A stretch of 64,000 nucleotides of DNA from Lingula anatina (lineage: Eukaryota > Animalia > Brachiopoda): positions 67,062,788 through 67,126,787 of the forward strand of contig CM120640.1 of the NCBI GenBank assembly GCA_051362555.1. The letters are read 5' to 3'. Below the pieces are notes generated by a model, which was not told where the DNA came from, did not search any database, and saw nothing but the letters and a program-made list of their open reading frames with translations. Shown here in pieces: positions 63,201 to 64,000 of this stretch (the stretch's first letter is position 1; each line of letters starts with the position of its first letter). The position numbers and the translations under genes were made by a program.

Positions 63201-64000
63201 TCATCAGTTAGTGCATGAAATTTGCTTGCCATACTTACAGTCTCTCTTCTTATGCTAAGCTCACTCATTCTAATTTGTTGGTTATGCTTTCTTTTTATAC
63301 AACCAAGTGTCAGCCACTCTTTTAGATCCATACTAATTATAGACAGGGAAAAGAAAATGATGCTTTTAATGCTAAAAAAATTAAAATAATTTAAACAACT
63401 GACCTTAAAGCAACAAAAAATACAGTGATTTATCATAATTTTAAATCATTCAATTTTTTTGGGGTGGAGCTAATGACTACTTAACTGCTCATTAAAAAAT
63501 CACAGTGATTTAATGAAATGGGGTTTGACTGTAGCAGATTGCATGTTCCCTTGTAGGATCGACTCTATGACCTACTTCCTGGAATGGAGTTGACCCCAAC
63601 TAACCCTGTAACCCTCAAACCCCAGTCTGTCAAGTCCCCTATTCAGGTATGTTGATTGTAGTGCTTATAATATTGCTGCTTCTAGACAGATCCCATAACA
63701 CTGATACTGATAGATCATGTTAATTTTGTTACATCTGTATTTTCCATGTGCTGCCTGGGGTACTGGTTACAGGAATTCGATTTTATCATCAGTTCAAAGT
63801 TAAATCAGCATTGATTCTTCTTAATGAAAAGATTAAAATAGATGCAGTGATTTTTATACCTTAATTCCAGCATGTCATGTTTGTCTTTGCTCGGGAATTT
63901 GGTTTGTTTGTTTGATTGTTTTGATCATTTACTGAAACTTTTTGTACTGTAGACTCTAGAAGAGTTTTGCCAGAAGAATGCTTGGGGAACTCCAAATTAT
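57254..64000 (+). CDS. A1CF: APOBEC1 complementation factor / RBM47 family RNA-binding protein (3 RRMs, RG-rich region, start of dsRBD-like domain); 3'-truncated by the window
   Basis: Exons 57254-57958 ([20 protein letters not shown]1-2), 61013-61193 ([13 protein letters not shown]3), 61409-61521 or 61539, 61952-62040, 62955-63093 ([18 protein letters not shown]), 63557-63646 ([22 protein letters not shown]1CF-like) and 63953-end ([12 protein letters not shown]). It is probably a co-ortholog of A1CF and RBM47. Confidence 0.88.

Overview
AT-rich, intron-containing animal genomic DNA. It is probably an invertebrate, perhaps a lophotrochozoan or mollusc; this is inferred from the repeat types and gene content and is not proven. 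From left to right: (1) a ~3.7 kb composite repeat holding a 146-bp satellite with a 4-unit higher-order repeat, a palindrome-filled MITE with a 6-bp TSD, and a ~817-bp tandem duplication ending in a Helentron-like hairpin; (2) a minus-strand single-LIM-domain gene of the EPLIN/LIMA1-XIRP2-LIMD2 type; (3) head-to-head with it, a complete multi-exon CABIN1 gene on the plus strand (22758-54878); (4) an intronless aminergic-type GPCR CDS nested antisense in an ~11 kb CABIN1 intron, with an unusual charged ligand pocket; (5) the 5' part of an A1CF/RBM47-family RRM gene that runs off the window end. Several MITEs and hairpins are present, including one in the predicted CABIN1 3' UTR. I see no CRISPR, prokaryotic or viral system. 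All exon boundaries and homologies were read by eye and compared with remembered protein sequences, not searched.
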